Positions 20,532 through 31,232 are shown, numbered from the stretch's first letter. The stretch is DNA of 64,000 bases from a virus (IMGVR_UViG_3300029305_003293:54161-118160); one strand, 5' to 3'. Numbers and translations are program-made. Notes: generated by a model from the letters alone, not told the origin.

Positions 20532-20890
20532 TTAATACTATATCCAAATTCTTTCGCTTTATAAAAATCTTGCCAATAATCTTCGCGTTCATCTAATTTA
20601 GTTTTATCTGATACTTCTTCAATTAATTCAAAAGCAAAATTCTCAATACCTTCTTTTGCCATTGCAGGATATAATTTATTTTGAATCGGTGTCTCCGCAC
20701 CAATTGCTCTTTTTATATGTTGTTTCCATCGATCAATTACATTTACTGCTTGCCCAACATAGCACATTTCATTATTTAAATTTGTAATTTTATATATGCC
20801 AGTTACGCGAGTAGCGTCACCAAATAATCGACCGCATAAATCACTATAAGGTTTTTCAAGATATACTTTCCAAATTAATTTTCCAAGCAC
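20528..20890 (-). CDS. GIY-YIG nuclease-domain protein
   Basis: GIYKITNLNNEMCYVGQA...RWKQH (GIY...YVG motif). Confidence 0.6.
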   Translation of the reverse strand: MLGKLIWKVYLEKPYSDLCGRLFGDATRVTGIYKITNLNNEMCYVGQAVNVIDRWKQHIKRAIGAETPIQNKLYPAMAKEGIENFAFELIEEVSDKTKLDEREDYWQDFYKAKEFGYSIK

Positions 20891-20896
20891 TTCTGG

Positions 20897-21502
20897 CTAA
20901 TTAAGATCAGGCATTATATCTCTGAGCTTTGCAATATCAGCAAGAGCCCCAGGAGATAAAGTAAGACGATAATAATCAAGAAGATTTTGCTCCTCTTCTC
21001 TATGTTTTGCAATTTCAACTGCGGCAGCGGCAGTTTTTCTTAATTGTGCAATTTCTGCGGCGATTTCAGCACCAATATTTAATTTAATTGCGGCTTCAGC
21101 ATTAAAACCTTCAACGAACTCAGAAGCGGCCTTTTTCAACTCTTCCTCTTGGTTTTTCTTATAATTCTCAAACCAAATTTCTCGTTCTTGAACCAATTTA
21201 TCACGAGTGGCCTATTCAGCAATTTCCATTTGATTATATTGTTCTTGTTTAGTATCTATTAATAATTGAGTATTATTTAAATTATTTGTCGCTATCTAAT
21301 TTCTAAGCAGTAAACTTTCATTATCTTCTTGTAAAGTTTTTAAAGTGTCTAATCCAGTATTTATTTTTAAACAGAGCTAATTATATTCTTCTTTACTCTA
21401 TTGATATTCCTATACGGTATATCCTGCGCTATTTATACAAGCTCTAATTACAAATATTGTGATAGAACAAACTAGAATACATAAAAGAGCTATCCAAATC
21501 AT
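20897..21502 (-). CDS. membrane-anchored coiled-coil protein (spanin-like lysis-protein candidate) with 5 in-frame TAG codons
   Basis: RBS GAGGTGA plus an ATG at 21500-21502. The sequence starts with a TM helix (MIWIALLCILVCSITIFVI) followed by coiled coil. It reads continuously through TAGs into the track ORF 20897-21196, for example MEIAE-TAG-ATRDKLVQEREIWF. Confidence 0.5.
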
Positions 21503-21523
21503 AAGCTCACCTCATTAGAAAAA

Positions 21524-21548
21524 ATAGGGGTTAGATAACCTAACCCCT
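21524..21548 (-). terminator. rho-independent terminator
   Basis: Minus strand: AGGGGTTAG-GTTAT-CTAACCCCT followed by ATTTTTTCT. Confidence 0.6.
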
Positions 21549-21567
21549 ATTAAATGCTAAGTTTAAA

Positions 21568-21840
21568 TTACTCAGCATCCTCAGCGTTCACATCAAGCTC
21601 GCGGCCAGCGGTAGTGAGCTTAAGGAACTTAACAGCCTTATGAGTACCATCCTCGAGTTCAACCTCAGCGGGAACACGAACACCATAGCCCTTGCGCTGA
21701 ACAGCACTGGTAAAGATACCATCAACACTACGCTTCTCCATACCGAGAGCGGTAGCCACATCAGCGGCGGTCACATTAGCGGTCTCGTCCAAACCCTGCA
21801 GATAAGTAATAACAGTCTTAGTATTTTCCTTCATAGCCAT
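21568..21840 (-). CDS. hypothetical protein (Ala/Val/Thr-rich, locally GC-rich)
   Basis: 90-aa ORF followed by the hairpin terminator at 21524-21548. Confidence 0.35.
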   Translation of the reverse strand: MAMKENTKTVITYLQGLDETANVTAADVATALGMEKRSVDGIFTSAVQRKGYGVRVPAEVELEDGTHKAVKFLKLTTAGRELDVNAEDAE

Positions 21841-21960
21841 AATAAGTAATCTCCTTTTTCTCGCGTTATACGCATTTTTTTATTTTAATTATTCTATAAT
21901 AATCTGAGGATTTTTCTCAGTTATTAACTAAAGTTATTTTACCAAAAATTTTTAAGTTTT

Positions 21961-22164
21961 TCAACTATCTAACTGTTTGGTAATCAGTTCACGAATCATT
22001 TCATCCAGTTCAATCATCTCATTAAGTTCTAGATCGGCAGATTGAGTAAGTTTCATCATTTTTTCTTTTGCACTATCTACCTTATCTACAGATTCATTTT
22101 TCTGAATGATAATTTCAAGGTCTGCGAACTCTTTAGCAAGCTTTTTAAGTTGCTTTTTCGTCAT
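21961..22164 (-). CDS. hypothetical protein
   Basis: 67-aa charged helical ORF. Confidence 0.3.
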   Translation of the reverse strand: MTKKQLKKLAKEFADLEIIIQKNESVDKVDSAKEKMMKLTQSADLELNEMIELDEMIRELITKQLDS

Positions 22165-22184
22165 AGGATTTTTATTTCCCTCAC

Positions 22185-22225
22185 CTTATGCATATATTAT
22201 ATCAAAAAATTTTTTAAAAGTCAAA
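22185..22225 (-). promoter_or_regulatory. sigma70-type promoter, repeated family
   Basis: Minus strand: TTGACTTTTAAAAAATTTTTTGATATAATATATGCATAAGGT. Confidence 0.6.
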
Positions 22226-23417
22226 AAATTTCAGAAATTTTACAATCTTTTGGATTTTTATTGTCTCTAAAATTTTTAAAGTAAAAATGTCGAAGAGTTT
22301 TATCTTCGTGATTTTTTTCCATACCGGCAAGTTCTACGACTTCACCGATATATAACTCAGGATTAGATCCAGCAATACGCTGAATATCTTCATTTAGGCC
22401 AGATGAAACAGAGCCAATTTTAACAAGAGTGCCATTGTCATCATAAGCACCAATATCCATAGATGTTTTCCATCCATAATAATATGCTTTTGTTACAGGC
22501 ATTGTATGATAATTAGGTCCTTTAACAATCCAAGTTACGCCTATTGGTGCAATTTTTTCAGAAATTATATTATCATCCGGCCACTGATGCTCTTCAACTA
22601 CCCAATAAGGCCAAGATTCTGCATCTGCTCCACTGTAATTAGGGCCTACATCAAGTTTGCCGTTATAATATTTAGTAGGATCGCTAAATCCCATACAAAC
22701 AGCATCGCAAGTATCAGTCTTTTTAATTTTAATAGTATCCCAAGCAGGACGTTTACCCGGAGTATATGGAGCAGTCTTTTTCTTTAAAACTGCGCCTTCT
22801 TCACCTTTGGCAAGAGCATCTGCCACAAATTCTTGAATATTTTCATCTACTCGTTCAGCAAGTTCAAGAAAATGTTCATTTTCGCCAACAGTATAATCCT
22901 TAAAAAGATATAGCTCAAATACTCGTTTTAAAATATTATAACGAATACTCGCACCATATGAAGTTAAATCTACATTTTTATATCGAAGAATATCATGAAT
23001 ATAATAGTGTAGATAACCATATTCTCCCTCTTGTCGCTCTACCGCTTTTTCTGGCAAACTACCCATAATAGGAGTTACATCCTTACTAGTTTTTCCTGGA
23101 TAATATACTTCTCCAATTAAAATAGTACCTGCTGGCAAATGTTCAAGAGGGAACATAATATGCGGGACACAGGCTCCTTTTTCTGTAAGAAGTCCAGTTT
23201 CTACACTCGTATTGCGACTAAAGAAATAGGCATGATTATCTGTTTTTTCAAACATATACCAATAACCATCTTTCTTTAATTGTGCAAAATATTCTCCGCT
23301 TTCACAAAGGGAGGGAAACATATGTTCCTTGCCCTTTGGAATTTTATTGATTTTCATAGGTTCAATGATAAGAGCCTCTGGATAAATATTATTCATAATT
23401 TTCCTCAAAAATAGCAA
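22221..23417 (-). CDS. ATP-dependent DNA ligase
   Basis: Motif I QLKKDGYW (KxDG) and the downstream EGAVLKKK motif. Confidence 0.7.
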   Translation of the reverse strand: MLFLRKIMNNIYPEALIIEPMKINKIPKGKEHMFPSLCESGEYFAQLKKDGYWYMFEKTDNHAYFFSRNTSVETGLLTEKGACVPHIMFPLEHLPAGTILIGEVYYPGKTSKDVTPIMGSLPEKAVERQEGEYGYLHYYIHDILRYKNVDLTSYGASIRYNILKRVFELYLFKDYTVGENEHFLELAERVDENIQEFVADALAKGEEGAVLKKKTAPYTPGKRPAWDTIKIKKTDTCDAVCMGFSDPTKYYNGKLDVGPNYSGADAESWPYWVVEEHQWPDDNIISEKIAPIGVTWIVKGPNYHTMPVTKAYYYGWKTSMDIGAYDDNGTLVKIGSVSSGLNEDIQRIAGSNPELYIGEVVELAGMEKNHEDKTLRHFYFKNFRDNKNPKDCKISEIF

Positions 23418-24186
23418 TTAATTCACCTTTAGATAAAGATTTTGGTCCTACTGTATATGTAATAGATGGAAATTTTAAACTATTAACAAAATCAACAAAT
23501 TGTTCATCTGATAATTCTGTATTATTAATAATAAAATAATTTGAAGTTTTTGCTCCGTCTAAATTTAAAGTAGCTTTTCCTGCATTTCCACCGACTCTTG
23601 GTATTCTTATTTTTGCTGATTCTTTATCTACAAATGAAAATAAATCTGTAGTTGTCTTTAGTTTTATTTTTTCCCTTGGAATATTATCTCGCTCCCAAAT
23701 TTGAAATACACAAGGAACACTATAGTTTTCATTATTTAATAAAAAGGAGTTTTCAGGTAAATCAACCTCAGTAATCAAATGAAAATATAAATTCAATCTA
23801 TTTTGAACAGATACTTTCTTAAAAGATTTTGGCAAAATAAAAGCTATTGTTTTGCAAAATGTTGCAGCTTCATTGAAAAAATTTACCGATAAAGAATTTT
23901 GTTCTCCGAATGGAGGATTTCCTATTACTAATGAATTAGAACTAAAATTAGATTTATCTAGCTCAAACCAATTTGCTTTAATAATATTATCCGCTGCTGG
24001 AACAATATCATAACTTTTACAATTTTTAATTTTTGAACTAAAAGCGCCATTTCCAGCAGATGGCTCAATAATCATATCATATTTTGCTACATCAATATAA
24101 GATAAACATAAATCAACTATATCGTGTTTAGTATAAAATCTGTCATAAACATCTTTACGACCTAAAGATTTTGTTTCAACACTCAA
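23389..24186 (-). CDS. N6-adenine DNA methyltransferase
   Basis: VIGNPPFG (NPPF catalytic motif) and EPSAGNGAF (SAM-binding motif). Confidence 0.75.
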   Translation of the reverse strand: MSVETKSLGRKDVYDRFYTKHDIVDLCLSYIDVAKYDMIIEPSAGNGAFSSKIKNCKSYDIVPAADNIIKANWFELDKSNFSSNSLVIGNPPFGEQNSLSVNFFNEAATFCKTIAFILPKSFKKVSVQNRLNLYFHLITEVDLPENSFLLNNENYSVPCVFQIWERDNIPREKIKLKTTTDLFSFVDKESAKIRIPRVGGNAGKATLNLDGAKTSNYFIINNTELSDEQFVDFVNSLKFPSITYTVGPKSLSKGELIAIFEENYE

Positions 24187-24724
24187 TTTTAGTCACTCCA
24201 TATTCAGAAATAAAATGTTCATAAAAATCTTTATTATTAATAGCACACTGAATTCTTTTTTGAGTTTTATGATCTCTTTTAAAGCGAGGTCGAATTAAAT
24301 TATTTGTTGTTTTTTTCCATGAATTTTTTAACAAATCACAACCTTTTCTCCAGCGGTCATCATCAGTTTTATCATTTGTAATATTAATAATTAAACGCTT
24401 AAAAAAAGGAAAAAGATTTAAATTAAAATATGACTTCCAATTATCAACAGGAATATAAAGAATATATTCTTCAACAATATTATCTATTGTATTTTCCCAA
24501 AAACCTACAATCATATAATAGTCAGAATTGCGCTCTAAACCATTTCTAAAAAAATCTGCCAATTCTACATCAGTACCATATTTAGCATGTTTAATACTAA
24601 CTGGGATATTAGAATTAGGGACATAAGCATCCCACAAACCGGTATAAGATGAATCGGGAATTAAATTATATTTTTTGATAATATTTTCCTGATAATTAAA
24701 ACCACCAATTTGACGTTCTGCCAT
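24176..24724 (-). CDS. hypothetical protein, possible restriction nuclease partner of the adjacent methyltransferase
   Basis: Overlaps the methyltransferase by 11 nt, so the two form an operon. Candidate acidic/Lys segment SIKHAKYGTDVELADF. There is no firm motif. Confidence 0.3.
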   Translation of the reverse strand: MAERQIGGFNYQENIIKKYNLIPDSSYTGLWDAYVPNSNIPVSIKHAKYGTDVELADFFRNGLERNSDYYMIVGFWENTIDNIVEEYILYIPVDNWKSYFNLNLFPFFKRLIINITNDKTDDDRWRKGCDLLKNSWKKTTNNLIRPRFKRDHKTQKRIQCAINNKDFYEHFISEYGVTKIEC

Positions 24725-24726
24725 AA

Positions 24727-27105
24727 TTAATTAATCCTCGCTACTCTAATAATATTATTATCTTTAATCGCAATTACACCTTGTGCTCCGCGACTGCCGA
24801 GTGCGACATCAGAAGCATTGATACAAATACTTGCAGTATTACCAACAATAAGCATCATATGATCGTCATTAACAGGACAAGCGGCGACCACTTCACCAGG
24901 TTTATGACAAATCAAACCCTTTCCTGCACGATTTTGAAGGACAAAATCATTTACCGCAACTCGTTTTGCTAAACCATTCTCTTGGAAAATCATAATACTC
25001 TTTTCTCCATTTAGATAAAGAGCATCGATCACATAATCTCCTTCATTAAGATTGATAGCCTTAACACCAATCGCGGTTCTAGAAGAAATACTTACATTCT
25101 TACCATCAAAACGCAATGCCATACCATTTCTGGTAAAAATCATAATTTGAGAATCTGGCGCAATAAATACCTTAGCAAGACTATCTCCATCTTTAAGAGA
25201 CGTTGCAATTACTCCGTTTTTGCGCTTCATTCCAGTATATTCAGAAAGATTTGCTTTCTTGATAATGCCATTCTTTGTGATGAACCAAACAAATTTACTA
25301 TTATCAGCAGATCTTTCAACAGAAGCAAGAGTTACAAATTTTTCATTGCTCTCCATAGAAACGAGAGTTTCAATAGAAGTTCCTCTTGTGGTATTAGTGC
25401 CAACCGGAATATCATTTACCGCAAGTTTATAAACTTTACCAAAAGTAGAGAACACCATAAGATTATCAATAGTATTAGTTTTAATTACATCACGAACAAT
25501 TTCATCCTGATTTTTAATACCTTTACCATTGCGCTTTTGAGTTCTATAACTTGCAGAAGGAATGCGTTTAATATTTCCAGCTTCAGTAATTACAACTACA
25601 CAATTCTCAGGAAGAATTTCAGCGATTTCTTTTTCTTCTTCTGTTAAATTCATTTGTGTAATTGTAGTTTTACGAGCATCACCGAATTGCTGTTTGAATT
25701 TTTCATATTCGCCAGCAAGAGCTACACATCGTGCGGCATCATTATGAACTAAAATTAACAAAGCTTCATATTGTTTCTGCTTTTCATCTAATTCATTTTT
25801 AATAGCAAGTTTTTCTGTATGAGCCAATTTACTTAATTTCATATCAAGAATTGCATCTGCTTGATCTGAACTAAGAATGTAGCGTTCTATCAGCTCTACT
25901 TTTGCCATTTGAGCATTTTCAGATTTTTTAATAATCGCTATTACATCATCGAGATTTTCTACTGCTACAGCAAGACCTCTTAAAATATGAATTCTGCTTG
26001 ATAATTTCTCAGATTCATATTTTAAACGGCGTAAAAATACTTCGCTTTGATGCTTGTTATATAATTCAATAAGTTCTTTAAAAGAAAGAAGTTTAGGAGT
26101 TTTTTCTACAAGAGCAACTTGGTTAATACCATAAGTAGTTTCAAGGTCAGTAAGTCTATATAGTTTATTAGCAATTACATCACCATTGATGCCTTTTGCG
26201 AGTTCAATTACAAATCGCACACCCTTTTTATTGCTTTCATCTCTGATTTCCACAATGCCTTCAAGTTTCTTTTCTTCACAAAGAGCATCAATATCAGTAA
26301 TCAAAGATTCCTTAGAAATCTTATAAGGAATTGAATCAAATATAATGGTATCTTTTCCACCTTTTGACTCAATATGATAATCTCCTCGAATTCTTACTCT
26401 ACCTTTACCAGTACGATAAGCATCTCGGAGTTCATTCTTATTAACAATAGTACCACCCGTCGGGAAATCTGGACCGCTAATATGGTCAAGAATATCACTT
26501 TCAGAAGCACTTGGATCAGTCAAAGCATGGATTGCAGCATCCATTACCTCATTAAGATTATGAGGAGCAAAAGAACAAGCCATGGCGACCGCAATACCAG
26601 TAGTTCCATTACACATAAGATTTGGAAAACGACCCGGAAGATAAACAGGTTCTTTTCCAGTTTCACTATAATTGGGAATCCAATTAACAGTATCTTTCTT
26701 TATATGTTCCAATGTAGACTCTGCGATGGGAGATAAGCGACATTCCGTGTATCGGTATGCCGCAGGACCATCACCGTCACGGGAACCATTATTTCCATGA
26801 AAGTCAATGAGTGGGTATCGCATAGTCCAGGGTTGCGAAGCATGAACGAGTGCTCCATATATGGAACTGTCTCCATGCGGATGATACTTGGCCATTGTGT
26901 TTCCGACTGGCGTCGCGCACTTAACATATTGTTTATTGCTCGTAATACCATCTTCTTGCATCTCCCAAAGAATACGACGCATAACCGGCTTGAGTCCATC
27001 TTCCACAGCCGGTATTGCGCGATCAGTAATTACAGATAGAGAATAATCAAGGAATGACTGTTCTACTTCTCCAACTACTGGTGTAATTAAAATATTATCA
27101 TTCAT
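24727..27105 (-). CDS. type II DNA topoisomerase, GyrA/ParC-like breakage-reunion subunit
   Basis: 792 aa. The region around AMACSFAPHNLNEV is conserved with the GyrA active-site region. Confidence 0.8.
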   Translation of the reverse strand: MNDNILITPVVGEVEQSFLDYSLSVITDRAIPAVEDGLKPVMRRILWEMQEDGITSNKQYVKCATPVGNTMAKYHPHGDSSIYGALVHASQPWTMRYPLIDFHGNNGSRDGDGPAAYRYTECRLSPIAESTLEHIKKDTVNWIPNYSETGKEPVYLPGRFPNLMCNGTTGIAVAMACSFAPHNLNEVMDAAIHALTDPSASESDILDHISGPDFPTGGTIVNKNELRDAYRTGKGRVRIRGDYHIESKGGKDTIIFDSIPYKISKESLITDIDALCEEKKLEGIVEIRDESNKKGVRFVIELAKGINGDVIANKLYRLTDLETTYGINQVALVEKTPKLLSFKELIELYNKHQSEVFLRRLKYESEKLSSRIHILRGLAVAVENLDDVIAIIKKSENAQMAKVELIERYILSSDQADAILDMKLSKLAHTEKLAIKNELDEKQKQYEALLILVHNDAARCVALAGEYEKFKQQFGDARKTTITQMNLTEEEKEIAEILPENCVVVITEAGNIKRIPSASYRTQKRNGKGIKNQDEIVRDVIKTNTIDNLMVFSTFGKVYKLAVNDIPVGTNTTRGTSIETLVSMESNEKFVTLASVERSADNSKFVWFITKNGIIKKANLSEYTGMKRKNGVIATSLKDGDSLAKVFIAPDSQIMIFTRNGMALRFDGKNVSISSRTAIGVKAINLNEGDYVIDALYLNGEKSIMIFQENGLAKRVAVNDFVLQNRAGKGLICHKPGEVVAACPVNDDHMMLIVGNTASICINASDVALGSRGAQGVIAIKDNNIIRVARIN

Positions 27106-27676
27106 TAATTAACTCCATAATCATATTAATAGTAGTTTTAGTATCAAATTTCTTCATAGAATAATTAAGTAGAATTTCACTTAACTTTATATATATTATA
27201 TCATTTTTTTTATCCTTTGTCAAGTGCTCAGTTTCATCAGGATAAGCCTTTCCTGTAGCGAGAGCGTCTGCTCTTTCATTATAAAGATGTCCACAATGAG
27301 CCTTAACTTTTTCAAAATTAATTCTGGGATCTTTAAACATCTTTACTAAATAGCGCCATTCTAAAAGATTAGCAACAGTTTCTCCTTTAGAATTTTTCCA
27401 TCCATTATTTTCCCAATTTATATACCATTTATCTTTGTAGCAATTTGTAAGATAAGCACTATCAGAATAAATAGTAATATCATGGTCTTTAAAGTATTCG
27501 CTATTAATAGCCCAGTCACAGGCTTCCATCGCCGCAATAAGTTCCATTAACTGGTTCGTATCGCCGACCTGCTCCTTGCCTGCTTTTTCATATACTTTTG
27601 TTCCATCAATAACTGCGACAAAGCCCCAGCCAGAGCGATTTTTCATTGCGCTGCCATCGGTATAAATCTCAATCAT
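27098..27676 (-). CDS. rnh: ribonuclease H (RNase HI)
   Basis: IEIYTDGS...SDS...KAHCGH conserved RNase H residues. Confidence 0.8.
   Translation of the reverse strand: MIEIYTDGSAMKNRSGWGFVAVIDGTKVYEKAGKEQVGDTNQLMELIAAMEACDWAINSEYFKDHDITIYSDSAYLTNCYKDKWYINWENNGWKNSKGETVANLLEWRYLVKMFKDPRINFEKVKAHCGHLYNERADALATGKAYPDETEHLTKDKKNDIIYIKLSEILLNYSMKKFDTKTTINMIMELINE
27185..27224 (-). promoter_or_regulatory. sigma70-type promoter, repeated family
   Basis: Minus strand: TTGACAAAGGATAAAAAAAAATGATATAATATATATAAAG. Confidence 0.55.
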
Positions 27677-27679
27677 AAT

Positions 27680-27931
27680 TTACTCCATTCTTGTGCTATA
27701 TTCAATTTCACAATTATCACATTTGGCAGTACCGGTTTCTACCCGTACATCTATTTCTGCATAATATGACGCACCACAATTATTACATTCAGCGTCTCCT
27801 TTTATAACCCATTTCCATGGAATTTTGGGATACTGTACAGGTTTAATTTCTTTTCCAACAAAGATTAAAGTACCTGATTTACAATCAGGGCAATTAAATG
27901 TCGAGATTGGCACGGAAAGCATTCTCCTCAA
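27680..27931 (-). CDS. zinc-ribbon protein
   Basis: CPDC...CNNC...CDNC cysteine pairs. Confidence 0.35.
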   Translation of the reverse strand: MRRMLSVPISTFNCPDCKSGTLIFVGKEIKPVQYPKIPWKWVIKGDAECNNCGASYYAEIDVRVETGTAKCDNCEIEYSTRME

Positions 27932-29798
27932 TAAATTTTTTGCGAGTAGAAGCAGATTCTCCCATAAGAGAAGTAAATGTTAAAGCCGCGGCTTGCGCAT
28001 CTTCCATTGTAATCTGTTTCAAAATACGATTTCCAGGTTCCATCGTAGATTCAGCAAGTTCTTCAGCATTCTGCTCGCCAAGACCTTTAAAACGACGAAC
28101 CTCATAATTACCAGTCGCGGTCTTGCGATATTCTTCAAGAGCAGCATCATCTTTTAGATAGAAAGACTTCTTGCCTTGAATGATACGATATAGCGGAGGC
28201 ACTGCCGCGTACACATAACCTTTTTCGATTAGTTCCGGACAGAACTTCCAAATAAAAGTGAAGAACAAAATACGAATATGCGAACCATCAACATCAGCAT
28301 CAGCCATAATAATAATTTTACCATAACGTAGTTTATCTTCATTAAGAATAATCTTATTATCTTTAATTTCTAATCCAAATGCGGTAATCATTCCTTGGAT
28401 TTCGGCGTTTGACATTGCTTTATGGAGATCGCATTTAAGAGTATTAAGGATTTTTCCTCGGACGGGCAGAATTGCTTGAGTTCCTCTATCTCTTGCTTCT
28501 TTTGCAGTTCCTGCAGCTGAGTCTCCCTCCACGATAAATATTTCACAATCGGAGCGAGATTTTGAACTGCAATCAGCTAGCTTGCCCGGGAGCACTGCTC
28601 GGCTAGTTTTTGCAGCAGCATTTCTGACATTTTCTTTCGCCTTCCTTGCATTTTCTCTTGCTTTTCTCGCAAGTAATGCTTTATTAATAATAGTCTTGGC
28701 ATCTCTTTCATTATTGCGTAGCCAAGTTGCTAAAGCGGTAGAACAAAGTCTCTGAACAACAGTTCGTCCTTCCGCGGAACTCAATACTTCTTTTGTCTGA
28801 CCGGAGAAAACCGGATCGGGCATTGTAAGAGAAAGTGCTAAAATCAAACCTTCTTTAAGATCATCGCCAGTAAGATTTTCATCTTTTTCTTTTAAAAGAT
28901 TCTTTTCTCTTGCATATGTATTGACTGCTTGAGTAAGAGCAGTTCTAAAACCAGTTAAATGCGTGCCACTTACATTAGGAATCGAATTTGTATAAAGTTT
29001 ATATGTATCAACATACTGGTCGACATACATAAGAGCGACCTTTACACCAATACGGTTCTCACTGGTTTCTGCATAAAACTTTGAGGTCAAATTGTCTTTT
29101 TCTTTTGCAAGGTAATCCAAGTAATCAAGAAGACCATTTTTGCTCGTAATTTCCTCTGAATTGCTATCGACACGAAGAACAAAAGTCAAGCCGGGAGAGA
29201 GAAAAGCGAGTTCTTGAAGCTGTTTCCGCAGAAGGTTAGTGTCAAGAGAGATACCTTCCTTAAAAATTTCAGGATCTGGAATAAACTCTATGGTAGTTCC
29301 AGTAATATTCTGAGTGGTATCTTTGGTTACGGAATAATGAACCAGTTCACCTTTTTCAAAATGAGCATCCGCGATTTTACCATCTCTCACGGATTGAACA
29401 TGAAACATCTTAGACAAAGCATTTGTTGCTTTTGCGCCGACGCCATTCATACCACCAGAAGTGTTATAACCAGTCTTACCTTCACTATCGAATTTTGCGC
29501 CAGTATGTAGTTTTGTATAAATATTTACAAGAGTTTCACTACCATCTTCTGCTTTACCAAAAGGAACACCTCGTCCATTGTCCATGATACGAATAAGATT
29601 TTCTTCTGTGCTATAAGATACTACGACGCGATTGCAAGCGCCATTCAAATATTCATCAACTGCATTGGAAATAATTTCCAGAGTAATATGTCGAACACCT
29701 TCAGGTCCAACGCTACCGATATACATACCAGGACGAAGTCGAATCGCTTCAATACCTTCAAGAGTTTGTATATCTTTTACGCCATAATCTGTCGCCAT
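27894..29798 (-). CDS. type II DNA topoisomerase, GyrB-like ATPase subunit
   Basis: GHKL ATPase motifs (GLHHLV-like, GxxGxG) and a TOPRIM domain (EGDSA...DVDG). Confidence 0.85.
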   Translation of the reverse strand: MATDYGVKDIQTLEGIEAIRLRPGMYIGSVGPEGVRHITLEIISNAVDEYLNGACNRVVVSYSTEENLIRIMDNGRGVPFGKAEDGSETLVNIYTKLHTGAKFDSEGKTGYNTSGGMNGVGAKATNALSKMFHVQSVRDGKIADAHFEKGELVHYSVTKDTTQNITGTTIEFIPDPEIFKEGISLDTNLLRKQLQELAFLSPGLTFVLRVDSNSEEITSKNGLLDYLDYLAKEKDNLTSKFYAETSENRIGVKVALMYVDQYVDTYKLYTNSIPNVSGTHLTGFRTALTQAVNTYAREKNLLKEKDENLTGDDLKEGLILALSLTMPDPVFSGQTKEVLSSAEGRTVVQRLCSTALATWLRNNERDAKTIINKALLARKARENARKAKENVRNAAAKTSRAVLPGKLADCSSKSRSDCEIFIVEGDSAAGTAKEARDRGTQAILPVRGKILNTLKCDLHKAMSNAEIQGMITAFGLEIKDNKIILNEDKLRYGKIIIMADADVDGSHIRILFFTFIWKFCPELIEKGYVYAAVPPLYRIIQGKKSFYLKDDAALEEYRKTATGNYEVRRFKGLGEQNAEELAESTMEPGNRILKQITMEDAQAAALTFTSLMGESASTRKKFIEENAFRANLDI

Positions 29799-29817
29799 AT
29801 TTTTCTCCTTTCATTTA

Positions 29818-29858
29818 TCTTTACATATATTATATCATAATTTTTAATTTTTTTCAAG
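29818..29858 (-). promoter_or_regulatory. sigma70-type promoter, repeated family
   Basis: Minus strand: TTGAAAAAAATTAAAAATTATGATATAATATATGTAAAG. Confidence 0.6.
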
Positions 29859-30293
29859 CAAATTCAGAACAATTGGATAAAAAAAAATATGGAACAAGCC
29901 AATTACTCTTTAAAGTAATTGGCAAGTTCCTTGATATTTATAAGTTCATCATCTGAATAAACTCGACACAGTCGAGATAGTTCCTAAATTTTACCAATAC
30001 ATACGATAATATTATCAGGATACAGAGTATCTGCTTTCGCTATAATAGTGCATTCTTCTCTATCCGGACGGGCAATACCCCAAGGCGGCAAGAATTTTAA
30101 ATCAAGCCAATGTTTGTGGATAATTTCCAAGGTATTCCCAGGCATATATTTACTACAAATTGGATTATTCTTTACAAAATGATGATTAACCAGAGCTTCT
30201 TCTACAACAAAAATATTCTCTGCATCAATAGTAAATACTTTTTCTCCATGAAGTTCAATTGCCTAAACGAGAGCTTCTGCGGTAAAAATAAAA

Positions 30294-30866
30294 TTAGGTT
30301 TCTGTTTTTCCATCTGGTGAGTCCTTCTTTCGCATGGCTCTCACCTGATTATAAAATTCATCTTTTTGTTCAATCATTTCGCGCATATCTTTTTTAGTTA
30401 CGCGAATAAGTTGTTTAGTATCACCAATATCGCGCTCCAAAAGTTTCATTTGACGACGAATGGTATAACATTCAACTGAATCATAATGCACTCTTGGATT
30501 TTGTTCAAGAATATTGTAAAGGTGTTTTAGAGCCTTTAATTCGGCAACAAGGGCATCTCTATTTTCACAAAGTTCTTGAATCATTGATCTAGTATAGGCA
30601 TAATGTTCTCCTACAAGTTTAGACTCAAATTCCCAGTCATTGGGATGACAACGAGCTTCACCAATATAAGATCTATTATGACTTCTTCTTTTACAAACTG
30701 TTGTATGAGTTTCTGGATTATAAGAAAATTTCGTTTTTGAATCATTAATCATTTCTTGAGTTGCTCCTTTTGCTTTTCTATATAAATTATAGCAAAAATT
30801 TTTGGACATGTCAAATTGACCCATTTTGAGAAAAAATTTTCCATGGGCGTAAAAAACCTGAACCAC
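30294..30866 (-). CDS. hypothetical protein
   Basis: 190-aa ORF. Confidence 0.3.
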   Translation of the reverse strand: MVQVFYAHGKFFLKMGQFDMSKNFCYNLYRKAKGATQEMINDSKTKFSYNPETHTTVCKRRSHNRSYIGEARCHPNDWEFESKLVGEHYAYTRSMIQELCENRDALVAELKALKHLYNILEQNPRVHYDSVECYTIRRQMKLLERDIGDTKQLIRVTKKDMREMIEQKDEFYNQVRAMRKKDSPDGKTET

Positions 30867-30887
30867 GGCCGTTGATGGAGGTCAAAT

Positions 30888-31232
30888 TTAGTTTTTTGTT
30901 TTTCTTTCAATATATCCAATCCCATTACAATTTTCACATTTAACATTTCGTCCTCTGTCATCATGCATGGAACCATATTCTTTTACATAACCTTCTCCAT
31001 CACACTTGGGGCATTCATAAAATTCTTCTTCAATTAATTTACGCATTTCAGTAGCGGCAGCAATATATCGATTTACATTTTTAGTATAATCTTCTTCAAG
31101 GCGTTTCTTCGCAATATTATATTTTTCACGCGCTTCATCTATTTTTTTATTATAAAGTTTAATAAATTGAAGTGCAGTTTTAATTCCAATATCTTTTACA
31201 GTAAGATTTTCTAATTCCATATTTTCCTCCAA
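30888..31232 (-). CDS. zinc-ribbon protein
   Basis: CPKCDGEGY...CENCNGIGY. Confidence 0.3.
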   Translation of the reverse strand: MEENMELENLTVKDIGIKTALQFIKLYNKKIDEAREKYNIAKKRLEEDYTKNVNRYIAAATEMRKLIEEEFYECPKCDGEGYVKEYGSMHDDRGRNVKCENCNGIGYIERKTKN

